This document shows positions 50,315-60,498 of a DNA stretch of 64,000 bases, piece after piece (within the stretch, counting starts at the first letter, position 1; every line of letters starts with the position of its first letter). This DNA is from Chthoniobacterales bacterium (GTDB taxonomy: Bacteria; Verrucomicrobiota; Verrucomicrobiia; Chthoniobacterales; Chthoniobacteraceae): assembly GCA_038207335.1 (NCBI GenBank), contig JBBQZX010000003.1, forward strand, positions 1 through 64,000, in the 5' to 3' direction. The notes beneath the pieces were generated by a model, which was not told the origin of the DNA, searched no databases, and saw only the letters and a list, made by a program, of their open reading frames with translations. Made by a program: the position numbers and the translations under genes.

Positions 50315-51229
50315 ATGCGCACCGAGGGCCAGATCGAAGTCGAGGGGAAGCAGCTCAAGGTCTCGAACCTCGACAAGGTCCTCTACCCGAAGGCCGGCTT
50401 CACCAAAGCCGCCGTCATCGACTACTTCATCCGCATCGCCCCCGTTCTCCTGCCGCACATCAAGAACCGCGCCCTCACCCTCAAGCGCTACCCCAACGGC
50501 GTGGACGGGCCGTTCTTCTACGAGAAGCGCTGCCCCCCGCACCGCCCGGCCTGGGTGAAAACCGCCGCCATCTGGAGCGCGAGCAACGAGGCGAACATCG
50601 ACTTCTGCCTTGCCAACGACGTGCCCACCCTCGTCTGGGCCGCGAACCTCGCCGACCTCGAGCTGCACACCTCGCTCGCGGGCTCACGCACCCCGCTCAA
50701 GCCCCACTTCGTCGTCTTCGATCTCGACCCCGGGCCCCCGGCCACCATCGTCGAGTGCTGCCGCGTCGGCCTCTGGCTGCGGGACGCCTTCGCCGCGATG
50801 GGGCTCGAATGCTACCCGAAGACCTCCGGCTCGAAGGGCCTGCAACTTTACCTCCCCCTCCACACCGCCACGACCTTCGTGAAGACCAAAGCCTTTGCCC
50901 ACACCATCGCGCAGCGCATCGAGCGCGAGCACCCCGACCTCGTCCTCTCCCGCATGGCGAAGAACCTGCGCGCCGGCAAAGTCTTCGTCGATTGGAGCCA
51001 GAACGACGACCACAAGACCACCGTCTGCGTCTATTCGCTGCGCGCAAAGGAGCGCCCGACCGTCTCCACGCCGTTGCGCTGGGAGGAGGTCGAGCATTGC
51101 TGGAAAAAGAAAGACCCCGCCCTTCTCGTCTTCGAGTCCGAGGCCGTGCTCGCCCGCGTGAAGAAGTTCGGCGACCTGTTCGCTCCCGTCTTGGAGGAAA
51201 AGCAGAAGCTCCCCGTGCTCTCCGACTAG
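50315..51229 (+). CDS. Standalone LigD polymerase (primase-polymerase) domain
   Basis: SNLDKVLYP, RYPNG, FDLDP, KTSGSKGL, VFVDWSQN, YSLRA, VSTPL. Confidence 0.92.
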   Translation: MRTEGQIEVEGKQLKVSNLDKVLYPKAGFTKAAVIDYFIRIAPVLLPHIKNRALTLKRYPNGVDGPFFYEKRCPPHRPAWVKTAAIWSASNEANIDFCLANDVPTLVWAANLADLELHTSLAGSRTPLKPHFVVFDLDPGPPATIVECCRVGLWLRDAFAAMGLECYPKTSGSKGLQLYLPLHTATTFVKTKAFAHTIAQRIEREHPDLVLSRMAKNLRAGKVFVDWSQNDDHKTTVCVYSLRAKERPTVSTPLRWEEVEHCWKKKDPALLVFESEAVLARVKKFGDLFAPVLEEKQKLPVLSD

Positions 51230-51247
51230 CTGCGGGGGCCGGGCGGC

Positions 51248-52351
51248 TCAGTCCGCGAGGGGGGCGGTGAAGGGTAGGGCGTGGGCGGCGGCGACGGCCT
51301 GGCAGGTGATGTGGCCGGACATGACGTTGATGCCGCCGAGGAGGGCGGGCTGGCGGCGGCAGGCTTCTGCGAGGCCGTGGTCGGCGAGGAGTTCGATGTA
51401 GCGGTGGGTGACGTTCACGAGGCCCTGCGTGGCGGTGCGGGCGTAGGCGCCGGGCATGTTGGCGACGCAGTAGTGGGTGACTCCTTCCTCCACGAAGACC
51501 GGGTCGTGGTGCGTGGTGGGGCGGGTGGTCTCGGCGCAGCCGCCTTGATCGACTGCGATATCGACGAGGACGCTGCCGGGCCTCATGCAGCGGAGCATGG
51601 CGCGGGTGATGAGCTTGGGGGCTTTCGCGCCGGGGACGAGGACGGCTCCGATGAGAAGATCGACGCTGGGGAGGATTTCGCGGAGGTGGGACTCGTCGGA
51701 GTAGAGGGTGTGGGCGCCGTGGAGGGTGATGTCGAGGTAGCGCATCCGCTCGAGATCGACTTCGAGAATGGTGACGTCCGCGCCGAGGCCGGTGGCCATG
51801 CGGGCGGCGTTGACCCCTGCGACGCCTCCGCCGAGGACGACGACTTTGCCGGGGAGCACTCCGGGGACTCCGCCGAGGAGGGTGCCGCTGCCGCCGGCGT
51901 GCTTGGCGAGAAAGTAGCCGCCGACGATGACGGACATGCGCCCGGCGATTTCGCTCATGGGCTCGAGGAGGGGGAGGTGGCGGCCGACTTCGATGGTTTC
52001 GTAGGCGAGGGCGGTGACGCCGGAGGCGATGAGGGCTTCGGTGAGGGGGCGGTTGGCTGCGAGGTGGAGGTAGGTGAAGAGGAGCTGGCCTTTGCGCAGG
52101 AGGGGGTATTCGGAGGGCAGTGGCTCTTTGACTTTCACGACGAGGTCGCCGCGGGCGAAGAGTTCGGCATGGTCGGCGATGAGTTCGGCCCCGGCGGTGG
52201 CGTAATCGGCATCGGGGAAGCCGGAGCCGGCCCCGGCACCGGTCTCGACGAGGACGGTGTGGCCGCGCTGGATGAGGTGGTAGGCGCCGCCGGGGGTGAG
52301 GGAGACGCGGGATTCCTGTTCTTTGATTTCCCTGGGGATGGCGATGGTCAT
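51248..52351 (-). CDS. ald: Alanine dehydrogenase
   Basis: [39 protein letters not shown]. Confidence 0.96.
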   Translation of the reverse strand: MTIAIPREIKEQESRVSLTPGGAYHLIQRGHTVLVETGAGAGSGFPDADYATAGAELIADHAELFARGDLVVKVKEPLPSEYPLLRKGQLLFTYLHLAANRPLTEALIASGVTALAYETIEVGRHLPLLEPMSEIAGRMSVIVGGYFLAKHAGGSGTLLGGVPGVLPGKVVVLGGGVAGVNAARMATGLGADVTILEVDLERMRYLDITLHGAHTLYSDESHLREILPSVDLLIGAVLVPGAKAPKLITRAMLRCMRPGSVLVDIAVDQGGCAETTRPTTHHDPVFVEEGVTHYCVANMPGAYARTATQGLVNVTHRYIELLADHGLAEACRRQPALLGGINVMSGHITCQAVAAAHALPFTAPLAD

Positions 52352-52463
52352 TGGGTGCGGGGTGGGTGTGAAGATCGTGCGCTGCGGCCTCTTTGTCCGT
52401 GGTGGGAGGGAGAATGTTCAAGTCTTCCTCGCAGCGCGGAGAGTGCTCCCTGCTCAAGGCTCG

Positions 52464-52563
52464 CAGGGGTGGGGGTCGAGGTTGTCAGGTATGGGGGTCG
52501 AGAGTAACAGGGATGATGGTCGGGGTTGTCAGGGATGGGGGTCGAGGTCGGCTGGGATGGGGG
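52464..52563. repeat. 22-bp G-rich tandem repeat, ~4.5 units
   Basis: Units start at 52464, 52486, 52508, 52530, 52552; consensus CAGGGATGGGGGTCGAGGTTGT. Confidence 0.75.
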
Positions 52564-52627
52564 CTCGGAGGCGACGCACGTGGAGAATGGGGCTCGCTAT
52601 TGGACAGGAACGTCGCACTTTCACCGC

Positions 52628-55600
52628 ATGTCTGATCCGGATGTGCCGACGCCGCCCGCGAACCTCCCGGACCGCGAGGGGCTGCCGGCGATTTCTCCGG
52701 ATCACATGGAGATGGAGCTGGGAGGGGTGATGGATGAGGTGGTGCCGGGGCGGGGATATGACATGCCGCCGATGGTGGGGATCGGGGGGTCGGCGGGGAG
52801 TATCGAGGCGCTGATAGAGTTTTTCGGGGGGATGCCGGTGGATACGGGGATGGTTTTTGTGGTGATCCTGCATCTGTCGCGGGAGCATGAGAGTACGCTG
52901 GCGGAGGTGCTGGGGAGGGCGACGAGGATGCCGGTGGTGCAGGCGAGGGATCGGCAACCGGTGGAGGCGAATCACGTGTATGTGATCCCGCCGGGGAAGC
53001 TGCTCTCGACGGTGGATGGGCATCTGAAGCTGACGCCGATGGAGCACACGCTGGGGCGGCGGGTGGTGGTGGATTTGTTTTTCAGGACGCTGGCGGATAC
53101 TCATGGGCCGAATGCGACGGCGATCGTGCTGTCGGGGGCGGATGGGGATGGGGCGCTGGGGATTAAGAGGATCAAGGAGCGGGGCGGGCTGACGATCGCG
53201 CAGGATCCGGAGGAGGCGGTGCATGGGTCGATGCCGCTGTCGGCGATCGCGACGCGGATGGTGGACTGGGTATTACGGGTGGGTGAGATGCCGGGGCGAC
53301 TGGTGGAGTATGTGCAGAGTGCGGGTCGGCTGAAGCTGCCGCCGGAGGAGGGGCCACAGCCGGCGGAGGCGCCGCGGACGGCAGCGGAGACGGCGGAGAC
53401 GGCGTTGCGTGAGGTGCTGACTTTCCTGCGGGCGCGGACTGGGCGCGATTTTTCGTACTACAAGCGGGCGACGATCCTGCGGCGATTGGCGAGGCGGATG
53501 CAGGTGAATAGTGTGGTGGATGTGCCGGAGTATCTGGGGTTCCTGCGGACGCATCCGGGGGAGGCTGGGGCGCTGTTGCAGGATTTGCTGATCAGTGTGA
53601 CGAATTTCTTCCGGGACCGGGAGGCGTTCGATGCGCTGGAGGGGCGGATGCCGGAGATCTTCGAGGGGAAGCGGATGGGGGATGCGGTGCGGGTGTGGAC
53701 GGTGGCGTGCGCGACGGGGGAGGAGGCGTATTCGGTGGCGATGCTGCTGTGCGAGTACGCGGAGAAGCTGGAGAGCCCGCCGAGCATCCAGGTGTTTGCG
53801 ACGGATTTGGATGAGGAGGTGATCGCGGCGGCGCGGGAGGGGATTTACCCGCTGACGATCGCGGCGGATGTGTCGGAGGAGCGGCTGCGGCGGTTTTTCA
53901 TCAAGGAGCACCGGGGGTATCGGGTGCGGCGGGAGTTGCGGGAGATGGTGCTCTTTGCGCTGCACGATGTGCTGAAGGATTCGCCATTCTCGCGGGTGGA
54001 TCTGCTGACGTGCCGGAATCTGCTGATCTATCTGACGCGGGAGGCGCAGCAGCGGGCGTTCGAGATCTTCCACTTTGCGCTGCGCGGGGAGGGACGGCTG
54101 TTCCTGGGAACGTCGGAGTCGATGGATGACGGGAGCGCGCTTTTCTCGGTGCTGGATAAGGTGCACCGGATCTTCGCGCGACGTGCGGTGGCGCGAGTGC
54201 CGCTGCCGCTGCCGGTGGGGGCGAGCGCGCTGCGGCGGGCGCTGGAGGCGCGCGGGACATCGGGGACGGGGCCGGTGGTGCATGGGGCGGCGTTCGCGCA
54301 GACGAGCCAGTCGGCGGCGGTGCGTGCGGCGGAGCTGGGAGGGGAGCACCGGGTGTCGTGGGAAGAGCTGCACTTCCGGCTGATCGAGAGGTTCGCGCCG
54401 CCGTCGCTGATCGTGGATCAGGATTACAATATCGTGCATGTGTCGGAGAATGCGGGGCGGTATCTGCGGTTCGCGGGGGGCGCGCCGAGCGTGAATCTGA
54501 TGAAGGTGGTCAATCCGATGCTGCGGGTGGAGCTGCGGGCGGCGCTGTTCCGCGCGGCGCAGTCGAGCGCGCCGGTGGAGGTCTTCCGGGTGCCGGTGGA
54601 GGTGGAGGGGGAGCGGGAGGCGGTGGATATCCGGGTGTCGCCGGCGCAGGAGATCGCGCCGGATTACCTGCTGGTGGTCTTCACGGTGCGGGAGAAGCAG
54701 GGTGCCGGGGAGCCTCAGCAGAGTATGGAGGCAGAGCCGGCGGTGCGGAATCTGGAGCGGGAGATCGAGCAGGTGAAATCGCGCCTGCGGGACACGGTGG
54801 AGCAGTACGAGGCCTCGACAGAGGAGCTGAAGGCGAGCAATGAGGAGCTTCAGGCGATGAACGAAGAACTGCGCTCGGCGACGGAGGAGCTGGAGACGAG
54901 TCGGGAGGAGTTGCAGTCGATCAATGAGGAACTGACGACGGTGAATCAGGAGCTGAAGAGCAGCGTGGAGGAGCTGGCGCACTCGAACAGCGACCTGCAC
55001 AACCTGATGGCCGCGACGGCGATTGGGACGATTTTCATGGATCGCCAGCTCCGCATCGCTCGCTACACGCCGCCCGCGGTTGCGCTTTTCAATCTGATCC
55101 CCGGGGACGTGGGACGACCGATCGCGGACCTGAAGCACCGGCTGGAATACCCGGGACTGACGGAGGACGTGGAGGAAGTGCTGAGGACGTTGATCCCGAT
55201 CGAGCGGGAGGTGCACGATGCGGATGGGAGGTGGTTCATCGCGCGGCTGCTGCCCTACCGGACGACGCAGGATGTGATTGCCGGGGCGGTGCTGACCTTC
55301 GTGGATATCACAGCGCGCAAAGTGAGCGAAGCCGCGCTGGAGCAGAGCCGCGAGGAGCTGTGGGATGCGCTCCAGGATACAGAGAGAGCGCGCGCCGACG
55401 CGGAGACCGCCGGGTGCGCGAAGGATCACTTTCTCGCCGTGCTTTCGCACGAACTGCGGACGCCTCTGACACCGGTCGTGATGGCCGTGCAGATGCTCGC
55501 GCAACGCCACGACTTGCCCGCCGACGTGCCTTCCGCGCTGAAGATGATCGAGCGGAATATCCGGATCGAGGCGCACTTGATCGACGACCTGCTCGACGTG

Positions 55601-56119
55601 ACCCGCATCTCACAAGGCAAGCTGGCAATCGCGCGTGCCGAGGTGGATCTGCACGAGGCGATCCGCACGGCTTTGGAAATTTCCATGCCGGATATCGATG
55701 CGAAGTCGCAGCAGCTCAGCGTCGCGCTCGATGCAACGGAGTACCGGCTCTCAGGGGACGAGCGGCGGCTGCAGCAGGTCGTGTGGAATGTGCTCAAGAA
55801 CGCGTCCAAATTCAGCCCGGCGGGCGGCTCGATCCAGCTCCGCACGCGGAATGAAGGAGTGTCCATTGTCGTGGAGATCACGGACAGCGGCGTGGGGATG
55901 GAGGGGGATGTCGTGGAGAAAATCTTCAACCCATTCGAGCAGGCCGATGCGACGGTGGCGCGGGAGTTTGGCGGGCTTGGGCTCGGGCTCGCGATCTCCA
56001 AGGCGACCGTCGAGGCGCATGGCGGCAAGCTCGCTGCGAGGAGCCTCGGACGAGGAAAAGGCGCGACTTTCACCGCCACGCTCCCGCTGGATACGGGGAA
56101 CGGTGCGGGCGAAGCCTGA
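52628..56119 (+). CDS. CheB methylesterase-CheR methyltransferase-PAS-histidine kinase fusion (start uncertain)
   Basis: GGSAG/ILH/DGDG CheB triad; ISVTNFFRD, ACATGEEAYS, CRNLLIY CheR; SNEELQ coil; SHELRTPL, GLGLGL. Confidence 0.93.
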   Translation: MSDPDVPTPPANLPDREGLPAISPDHMEMELGGVMDEVVPGRGYDMPPMVGIGGSAGSIEALIEFFGGMPVDTGMVFVVILHLSREHESTLAEVLGRATRMPVVQARDRQPVEANHVYVIPPGKLLSTVDGHLKLTPMEHTLGRRVVVDLFFRTLADTHGPNATAIVLSGADGDGALGIKRIKERGGLTIAQDPEEAVHGSMPLSAIATRMVDWVLRVGEMPGRLVEYVQSAGRLKLPPEEGPQPAEAPRTAAETAETALREVLTFLRARTGRDFSYYKRATILRRLARRMQVNSVVDVPEYLGFLRTHPGEAGALLQDLLISVTNFFRDREAFDALEGRMPEIFEGKRMGDAVRVWTVACATGEEAYSVAMLLCEYAEKLESPPSIQVFATDLDEEVIAAAREGIYPLTIAADVSEERLRRFFIKEHRGYRVRRELREMVLFALHDVLKDSPFSRVDLLTCRNLLIYLTREAQQRAFEIFHFALRGEGRLFLGTSESMDDGSALFSVLDKVHRIFARRAVARVPLPLPVGASALRRALEARGTSGTGPVVHGAAFAQTSQSAAVRAAELGGEHRVSWEELHFRLIERFAPPSLIVDQDYNIVHVSENAGRYLRFAGGAPSVNLMKVVNPMLRVELRAALFRAAQSSAPVEVFRVPVEVEGEREAVDIRVSPAQEIAPDYLLVVFTVREKQGAGEPQQSMEAEPAVRNLEREIEQVKSRLRDTVEQYEASTEELKASNEELQAMNEELRSATEELETSREELQSINEELTTVNQELKSSVEELAHSNSDLHNLMAATAIGTIFMDRQLRIARYTPPAVALFNLIPGDVGRPIADLKHRLEYPGLTEDVEEVLRTLIPIEREVHDADGRWFIARLLPYRTTQDVIAGAVLTFVDITARKVSEAALEQSREELWDALQDTERARADAETAGCAKDHFLAVLSHELRTPLTPVVMAVQMLAQRHDLPADVPSALKMIERNIRIEAHLIDDLLDVTRISQGKLAIARAEVDLHEAIRTALEISMPDIDAKSQQLSVALDATEYRLSGDERRLQQVVWNVLKNASKFSPAGGSIQLRTRNEGVSIVVEITDSGVGMEGDVVEKIFNPFEQADATVAREFGGLGLGLAISKATVEAHGGKLAARSLGRGKGATFTATLPLDTGNGAGEA

Positions 56120-56182
56120 CACCGCAGTCAGACACCCGCCCCACGGCAGGCGCGCGCAAATTCTGCGACTCTATCTCATCCA

Positions 56183-56581
56183 ATGAACACGCTGCCGACC
56201 GAGACGACCCCGCTAAGCATCTTCCTCGTGGAAAACCACGCCGACACGCTGAAATGGCTCACCATGTATCTGGAGCAAATGGGCCACACCGTCCGTTCCG
56301 CCACCACGCTGGGCGAGGCGGTGGAGGCGCTCCCGAAGGCCGATTGCGACGTCGTGCTGAGCGACATCGGCCTGCCCGATGGCGACGGGTGGGAGCTGCT
56401 CGAGCGCGCGAAGCTGCCGCATCCGGTTTTCTCCATCGCGATGAGCGGATACGGCACTGGCGCCGATCAGCTAACTAGCCGTGCCGCGGGATTCCGGCAC
56501 CATTTGCTGAAGCCGTTCAATCTACGCGAGCTCGACAAACTCCTCGCGGCCGCCGCGGCGGAGCTTGCGCAATCCAAGTAA
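56183..56581 (+). CDS. Single-domain response regulator receiver
   Basis: FLVENH, LSDIGLPDGDG, SGYG, LLKP. Confidence 0.9.
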   Translation: MNTLPTETTPLSIFLVENHADTLKWLTMYLEQMGHTVRSATTLGEAVEALPKADCDVVLSDIGLPDGDGWELLERAKLPHPVFSIAMSGYGTGADQLTSRAAGFRHHLLKPFNLRELDKLLAAAAAELAQSK

Positions 56582-56611
56582 AACGGCGCACGCTTCTGGC
56601 TCGTCCCTCCG

Positions 56612-56947
56612 ATGCCGTCCGCGCCCTCACTTCCCGACGAAAACGCCGCAATCCTGCGCAAACTGACCGCTGCGCTCGCGGAGGAGCGCGCCCGCTGCGA
56701 GCGGCTCGAGGGCGGTATCCGCGCCGCCGCCGAGCGTGAGCAGCAGCGCCTCGCGCAGGCACTTCACGACACGATCAGCCAGAGCCTCACCGGCATCCAC
56801 CTCATGGCCGAAGTCCTCGCGCGCAAGCATGCCGCCACCGCTCCCGAAGCAGCCGCCGACCTCGCGGAGCTCAGCGAAATCATCCTTGGCAGCACGTTCG
56901 AACTGCACCGCCTCATCACCTCCCTCCGCCCTCCCCTGGAGCCGTGA
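56612..56947 (+). CDS. HisKA_3 (NarX-type) dimerisation/phosphoacceptor domain only
   Basis: EREQQRLAQALHDTISQSL...LRP, then stop; no HATPase domain. Confidence 0.75.
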   Translation: MPSAPSLPDENAAILRKLTAALAEERARCERLEGGIRAAAEREQQRLAQALHDTISQSLTGIHLMAEVLARKHAATAPEAAADLAELSEIILGSTFELHRLITSLRPPLEP

Positions 56948-56977
56948 GGCTGCGATAAGGCGCATTCGCGCGAGCCG

Positions 56978-57862
56978 ATGAGCCTCCGTCTGGAAATGCT
57001 GCAAGTCGCGCGGGTTGCGCCGAAGCTGCTCGGCGAGTCGGCGGAGCTGGTGCGCGATTTTCTCGCGCGGCAAATCGGTGCGGATGGCGCGGGCCGCGAC
57101 CGCGATGGGCGGCCCGATCTTTACTACACGATCTTCGCGCTCGCGGGGTTGCAGGCGATGCAGGCGGAGCTGCCGGTGGCGCGAGTGGAGACGTTTTTGT
57201 CGTCGTTCGGTGGAGGTGAAAATCTCGATTTCGTGCATCTCGGGGCGCTGGCTCGGTGCTGGGCGGCAGTCGGCGTGCCGATGCGGGGAGGGCTCGCGGA
57301 TCAAGTGTTGGAGCGGATCGAGCGGCATCGCACGGCGGATGGCGGGTATGATGCGGATGTCGGCGAGCGGTTTGGAAATGCATACGCGTGCTTCGTGGCG
57401 CTCGGGGCGTATCAGGATTTGGGGCGCGAAATTCTCGAGCCGCTGCGGATGGTGCAGTGCTTGAAATTTCTCGAGACGCCAGATGGCGCGTGGGCGAATG
57501 CGCGCGGACTTTCCGCCGGCTCGACGAATGCGACCGCCGCCGCCGTGACGCTGCTGCGGCAGCTCGGCGTGCCGCTGAATCAGAGCGTCGCAGACTGGCT
57601 GCTGGCTCGCGCGCATCCGCAAGGCGGATTTCTCGCGATGCCATCTGCGCCTTTGCCAGACTTGCTTTCCACGGCGACGACGCTGCACGCGCTCTCTGGG
57701 ATGCAGGTGGAAATCCCCGCACCGATGCGCGAGCGGTGCCTCGATTTCATCGACACGCTTTGGACGAACGAAGGCGGATTTCATGGCCACTGGGCGGACG
57801 ACCACGTCGATGCAGAATACACATTTTACGGCCTGCTCGCGCTCGGACATCTCGCGCTTTAG
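56978..57862 (+). CDS. Prenyltransferase/squalene-oxidase repeat protein (alpha/alpha barrel)
   Basis: Repeated DGG(F/Y)-type turns and PDLYYT / PDLLST / DAEYTFY motifs. Confidence 0.8.
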   Translation: MSLRLEMLQVARVAPKLLGESAELVRDFLARQIGADGAGRDRDGRPDLYYTIFALAGLQAMQAELPVARVETFLSSFGGGENLDFVHLGALARCWAAVGVPMRGGLADQVLERIERHRTADGGYDADVGERFGNAYACFVALGAYQDLGREILEPLRMVQCLKFLETPDGAWANARGLSAGSTNATAAAVTLLRQLGVPLNQSVADWLLARAHPQGGFLAMPSAPLPDLLSTATTLHALSGMQVEIPAPMRERCLDFIDTLWTNEGGFHGHWADDHVDAEYTFYGLLALGHLAL

Positions 57863-57871
57863 GGTGTTGGC

Positions 57872-58282
57872 GTGAAGCAGCACATCATCCTCTACGACGG
57901 CGAATGCCCGATGTGCATTTTTCAGATGCGCGTGCTGAGCTGGCTGGATTGGTTCAACCAACTCGCGCTCGTGCCGCTCGCCGATCCGCGCGCGCAGACG
58001 CTGGCACCGGGGATCGAGCGTGAGGATTTGCAGGAGGCGATTCATTGCATCACGTGTGGCGGGAAGATCCATCGTGGCGCGCGGGCGATTCGCTTTGCGG
58101 GGATGCGGTTGCCGCTGCTGTTGCCGGTCGCGCTCGTATTTTGGGTGCCGGGCGTGATCCAAATCGCGGAGCTGATTTACAAATGGGTGAGCCGGAATCG
58201 GCTGCTGTTGAGCCGCGTTTTCGGATGCAAGGAAGCGTGCGCGATTTTGCCGAAACGGGCGCGCGAGCAGGATCGGGTGTGA
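57872..58282 (+). CDS. DCC1-like thiol-disulfide oxidoreductase (DUF393)
   Basis: ILYDGECPMC; YKWVSRNR. Confidence 0.88.
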   Translation: MKQHIILYDGECPMCIFQMRVLSWLDWFNQLALVPLADPRAQTLAPGIEREDLQEAIHCITCGGKIHRGARAIRFAGMRLPLLLPVALVFWVPGVIQIAELIYKWVSRNRLLLSRVFGCKEACAILPKRAREQDRV

Positions 58283-60075
58283 GTGGGGCGGAGACTGATC
58301 GCGTCGCGCTGATTGCGGCTTTGGAGCAAGCGACGGCGGAACTGCTGTCGGCTCGGAATGCCGATGGGCACTGGCGCGGCGACCTGTCGTCGAGCGCGCT
58401 CTCGACCTCGACGGCGGTGGTGGCGCTGGCGGCGGTGGATGTGGAAAGTCACCGCGAGCGAGTGGCGCGCGGGCTGAGGTGGCTGGCGGAGAATGTGAAT
58501 GCGGATGGCGGCTGGGGGGACACGGTTTGCAGCGGGAGCAATATCAGCACGACGGCGTTGTGCTGGGCGGCGTTTAGCGCGGCGGGGGCGGATGGGGATT
58601 TTGCGGAAGTGGTCGCCAGGGCGAAGCGGTGGCTGGAGGAAAGGTCGGGCGGTGATTTGGTCGCTGCGATCGAGGCGCGCTACGGAAAAGACCGCACATT
58701 TTCGGTGCCGATCGTGATGACGCTCGCGCTTGCGGGACGGCTAGGGGCGGGTGGTTGGCGGCGGGTGATCGGGTTGCCGTTCGAGTTGGCGGCGATGCCG
58801 CATCAGGTTTTCGGCGCGCTGCGCCTGCCGGTGGTGAGCTACGCGCTGCCGGCGCTGATCGCGATCGGGCAGGCGATTCATTTTCATGCGCCGACTCGGA
58901 ACCCTCTTGCGCGCTTGATCCGCGGGCTGTGCCAGCGACGGACGCTACGTGTTCTGGAGCGCATCCAGCCGCCGAATGGCGGGTTTCTAGAGGCGACGCC
59001 GCTGACGAGTTTCGTGACGATGAGCCTTGCGTCGATGGGTCTGCGCGGGCATCGCGTGGTGACGCGCGGCGTAGGGTTTTTGGAGCGGTCGCAGCGCGAA
59101 GACGGGAGCTGGGCGATCGACACGGATCTTGCGACTTGGGTGAGCACGCTGGCGGTGAAAGCCTTGTCCCATCAGGATTCGTGGGCGGTGCCGGAGGCGC
59201 GACAGATTTTGCGCGAGTGGCTGCTCGGGCAGCAATATCGCGTCGAGCACGCCTACACGCACGCGGTGCCGGGAGGGTGGGCTTGGACGGATTTGCCAGG
59301 CGGCGTACCGGATGCGGACGACACGGCGGGCGCGCTCATTGCCCTGTTGAAATTCGGAGTCGTGGATAATGTCACGCGCGCGGCTGGGATCGCGGGCGTG
59401 GAGTGGCTGCTCGGGGTGCAAAATCGAGACGGCGGCATCCCGACATTCTGCCGCGGGTGGGGCGCGCTGCCTTTTGACCGCAGCAGCCCGGACCTGACGG
59501 CGCACGCGCTGCGGGCGTGGAGTTCGTGGCTGCCGCAGCTCCCGCAGGGGCTGCATCGGCGAGTGGTGCGGGCGATTTCACGGGGCATGAAGTTTCTCCT
59601 GAAGACGCAGCGGGCGGATGGCGCGTGGCTGCCGCTGTGGTTTGGAAACGAGCACGCGCCGGATGATGAGAATCTCACGTACGGCACTGCGAAGGTGCTC
59701 ATCGCGCTGCGGGAACTCGATGAGAGTGGGTTTCGCATTCCGCGTGCGATGGACCGGGAAGCCGCTTCGTGGCTTGTTTCGGCGCAGGATGCGTCCGGCG
59801 GGTGGGGCGGGTTTGTGGGCGGACCGGTGTCTGTCGAGGAGACGGGTTTGGCGGTGGAGGCGCTGGCGGGTTTTCGCGCGGAGGCGGCGGATGCGGGAGC
59901 GTGCTGGCTTGCGGCGCGCGTGGCGGACGGGACTTGGATCGAGCCCGCGCCGATTGGCTTTTACTTTGCGAAGCTGTGGTATTTCGAGCGGCTGTATCCG
60001 CAGATTTTCACGGTCAGCGCGCTCGGGAAGTATCTCGCGCTGCGGGCCGGCGATGTCCTTGCGCCGCCCGTGTGA
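58279..60075 (+). CDS. Squalene-hopene cyclase-like triterpene cyclase
   Basis: GTG overlaps upstream TGA; QW repeats (NADGGWG, QREDGSW, QNRDGG, QRADGAW), PDADDTA protonation motif. Confidence 0.85.
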   Translation: MSGAETDRVALIAALEQATAELLSARNADGHWRGDLSSSALSTSTAVVALAAVDVESHRERVARGLRWLAENVNADGGWGDTVCSGSNISTTALCWAAFSAAGADGDFAEVVARAKRWLEERSGGDLVAAIEARYGKDRTFSVPIVMTLALAGRLGAGGWRRVIGLPFELAAMPHQVFGALRLPVVSYALPALIAIGQAIHFHAPTRNPLARLIRGLCQRRTLRVLERIQPPNGGFLEATPLTSFVTMSLASMGLRGHRVVTRGVGFLERSQREDGSWAIDTDLATWVSTLAVKALSHQDSWAVPEARQILREWLLGQQYRVEHAYTHAVPGGWAWTDLPGGVPDADDTAGALIALLKFGVVDNVTRAAGIAGVEWLLGVQNRDGGIPTFCRGWGALPFDRSSPDLTAHALRAWSSWLPQLPQGLHRRVVRAISRGMKFLLKTQRADGAWLPLWFGNEHAPDDENLTYGTAKVLIALRELDESGFRIPRAMDREAASWLVSAQDASGGWGGFVGGPVSVEETGLAVEALAGFRAEAADAGACWLAARVADGTWIEPAPIGFYFAKLWYFERLYPQIFTVSALGKYLALRAGDVLAPPV

Positions 60076-60489
60076 TCAGCGCTGCGACATGCGCTGGAGG
60101 TCGGCCGCCAGGCGGTGAGCGAGGGCGATCATGTCGGCGGCTTCGGGCTCGGGGAGGAGCCAGTGACAATTTTCCTCCCAGACTTCCATCCATGCGGCGA
60201 AGTGCTCGGGGGCGAGGTGCAGGAAGATGTGGCGCCCGATGCCGCCGCCGTACTTTTCGGGGCCGCCGCTTTGCTCGCTCCAATAGTCGATGAGGCGCTC
60301 GAGGTGCGCTTTCCAGACGGGGACGTGTTCCTTGAAGATCGGCTCCAGCAGAGGGACGAAGCGAGCTTTGGCGTAGAACCATTTCACGAGTGTCGTGATG
60401 CCCGGGCGCCCGCCGAGGCGGTCGTAGAGGGTCGCGGCGTTGGGAAATGTGGGGATCTTTTCGGCGACGAGCGGGCGGTCGCGGTGCAT
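60076..60489 (-). CDS. Truncated haemoglobin (group III-like)
   Basis: LYDRLGG, FY, PIF, HLERLIDYW, HFAAW. Confidence 0.82.
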   Translation of the reverse strand: MHRDRPLVAEKIPTFPNAATLYDRLGGRPGITTLVKWFYAKARFVPLLEPIFKEHVPVWKAHLERLIDYWSEQSGGPEKYGGGIGRHIFLHLAPEHFAAWMEVWEENCHWLLPEPEAADMIALAHRLAADLQRMSQR

Positions 60490-60498
60490 GAGGCGGCG

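Noticed and set aside
52464..52563. CRISPR array
   Set aside because: Units are contiguous with no unique spacers and there are no cas genes; the same applies to the 1266-1455 repeats.
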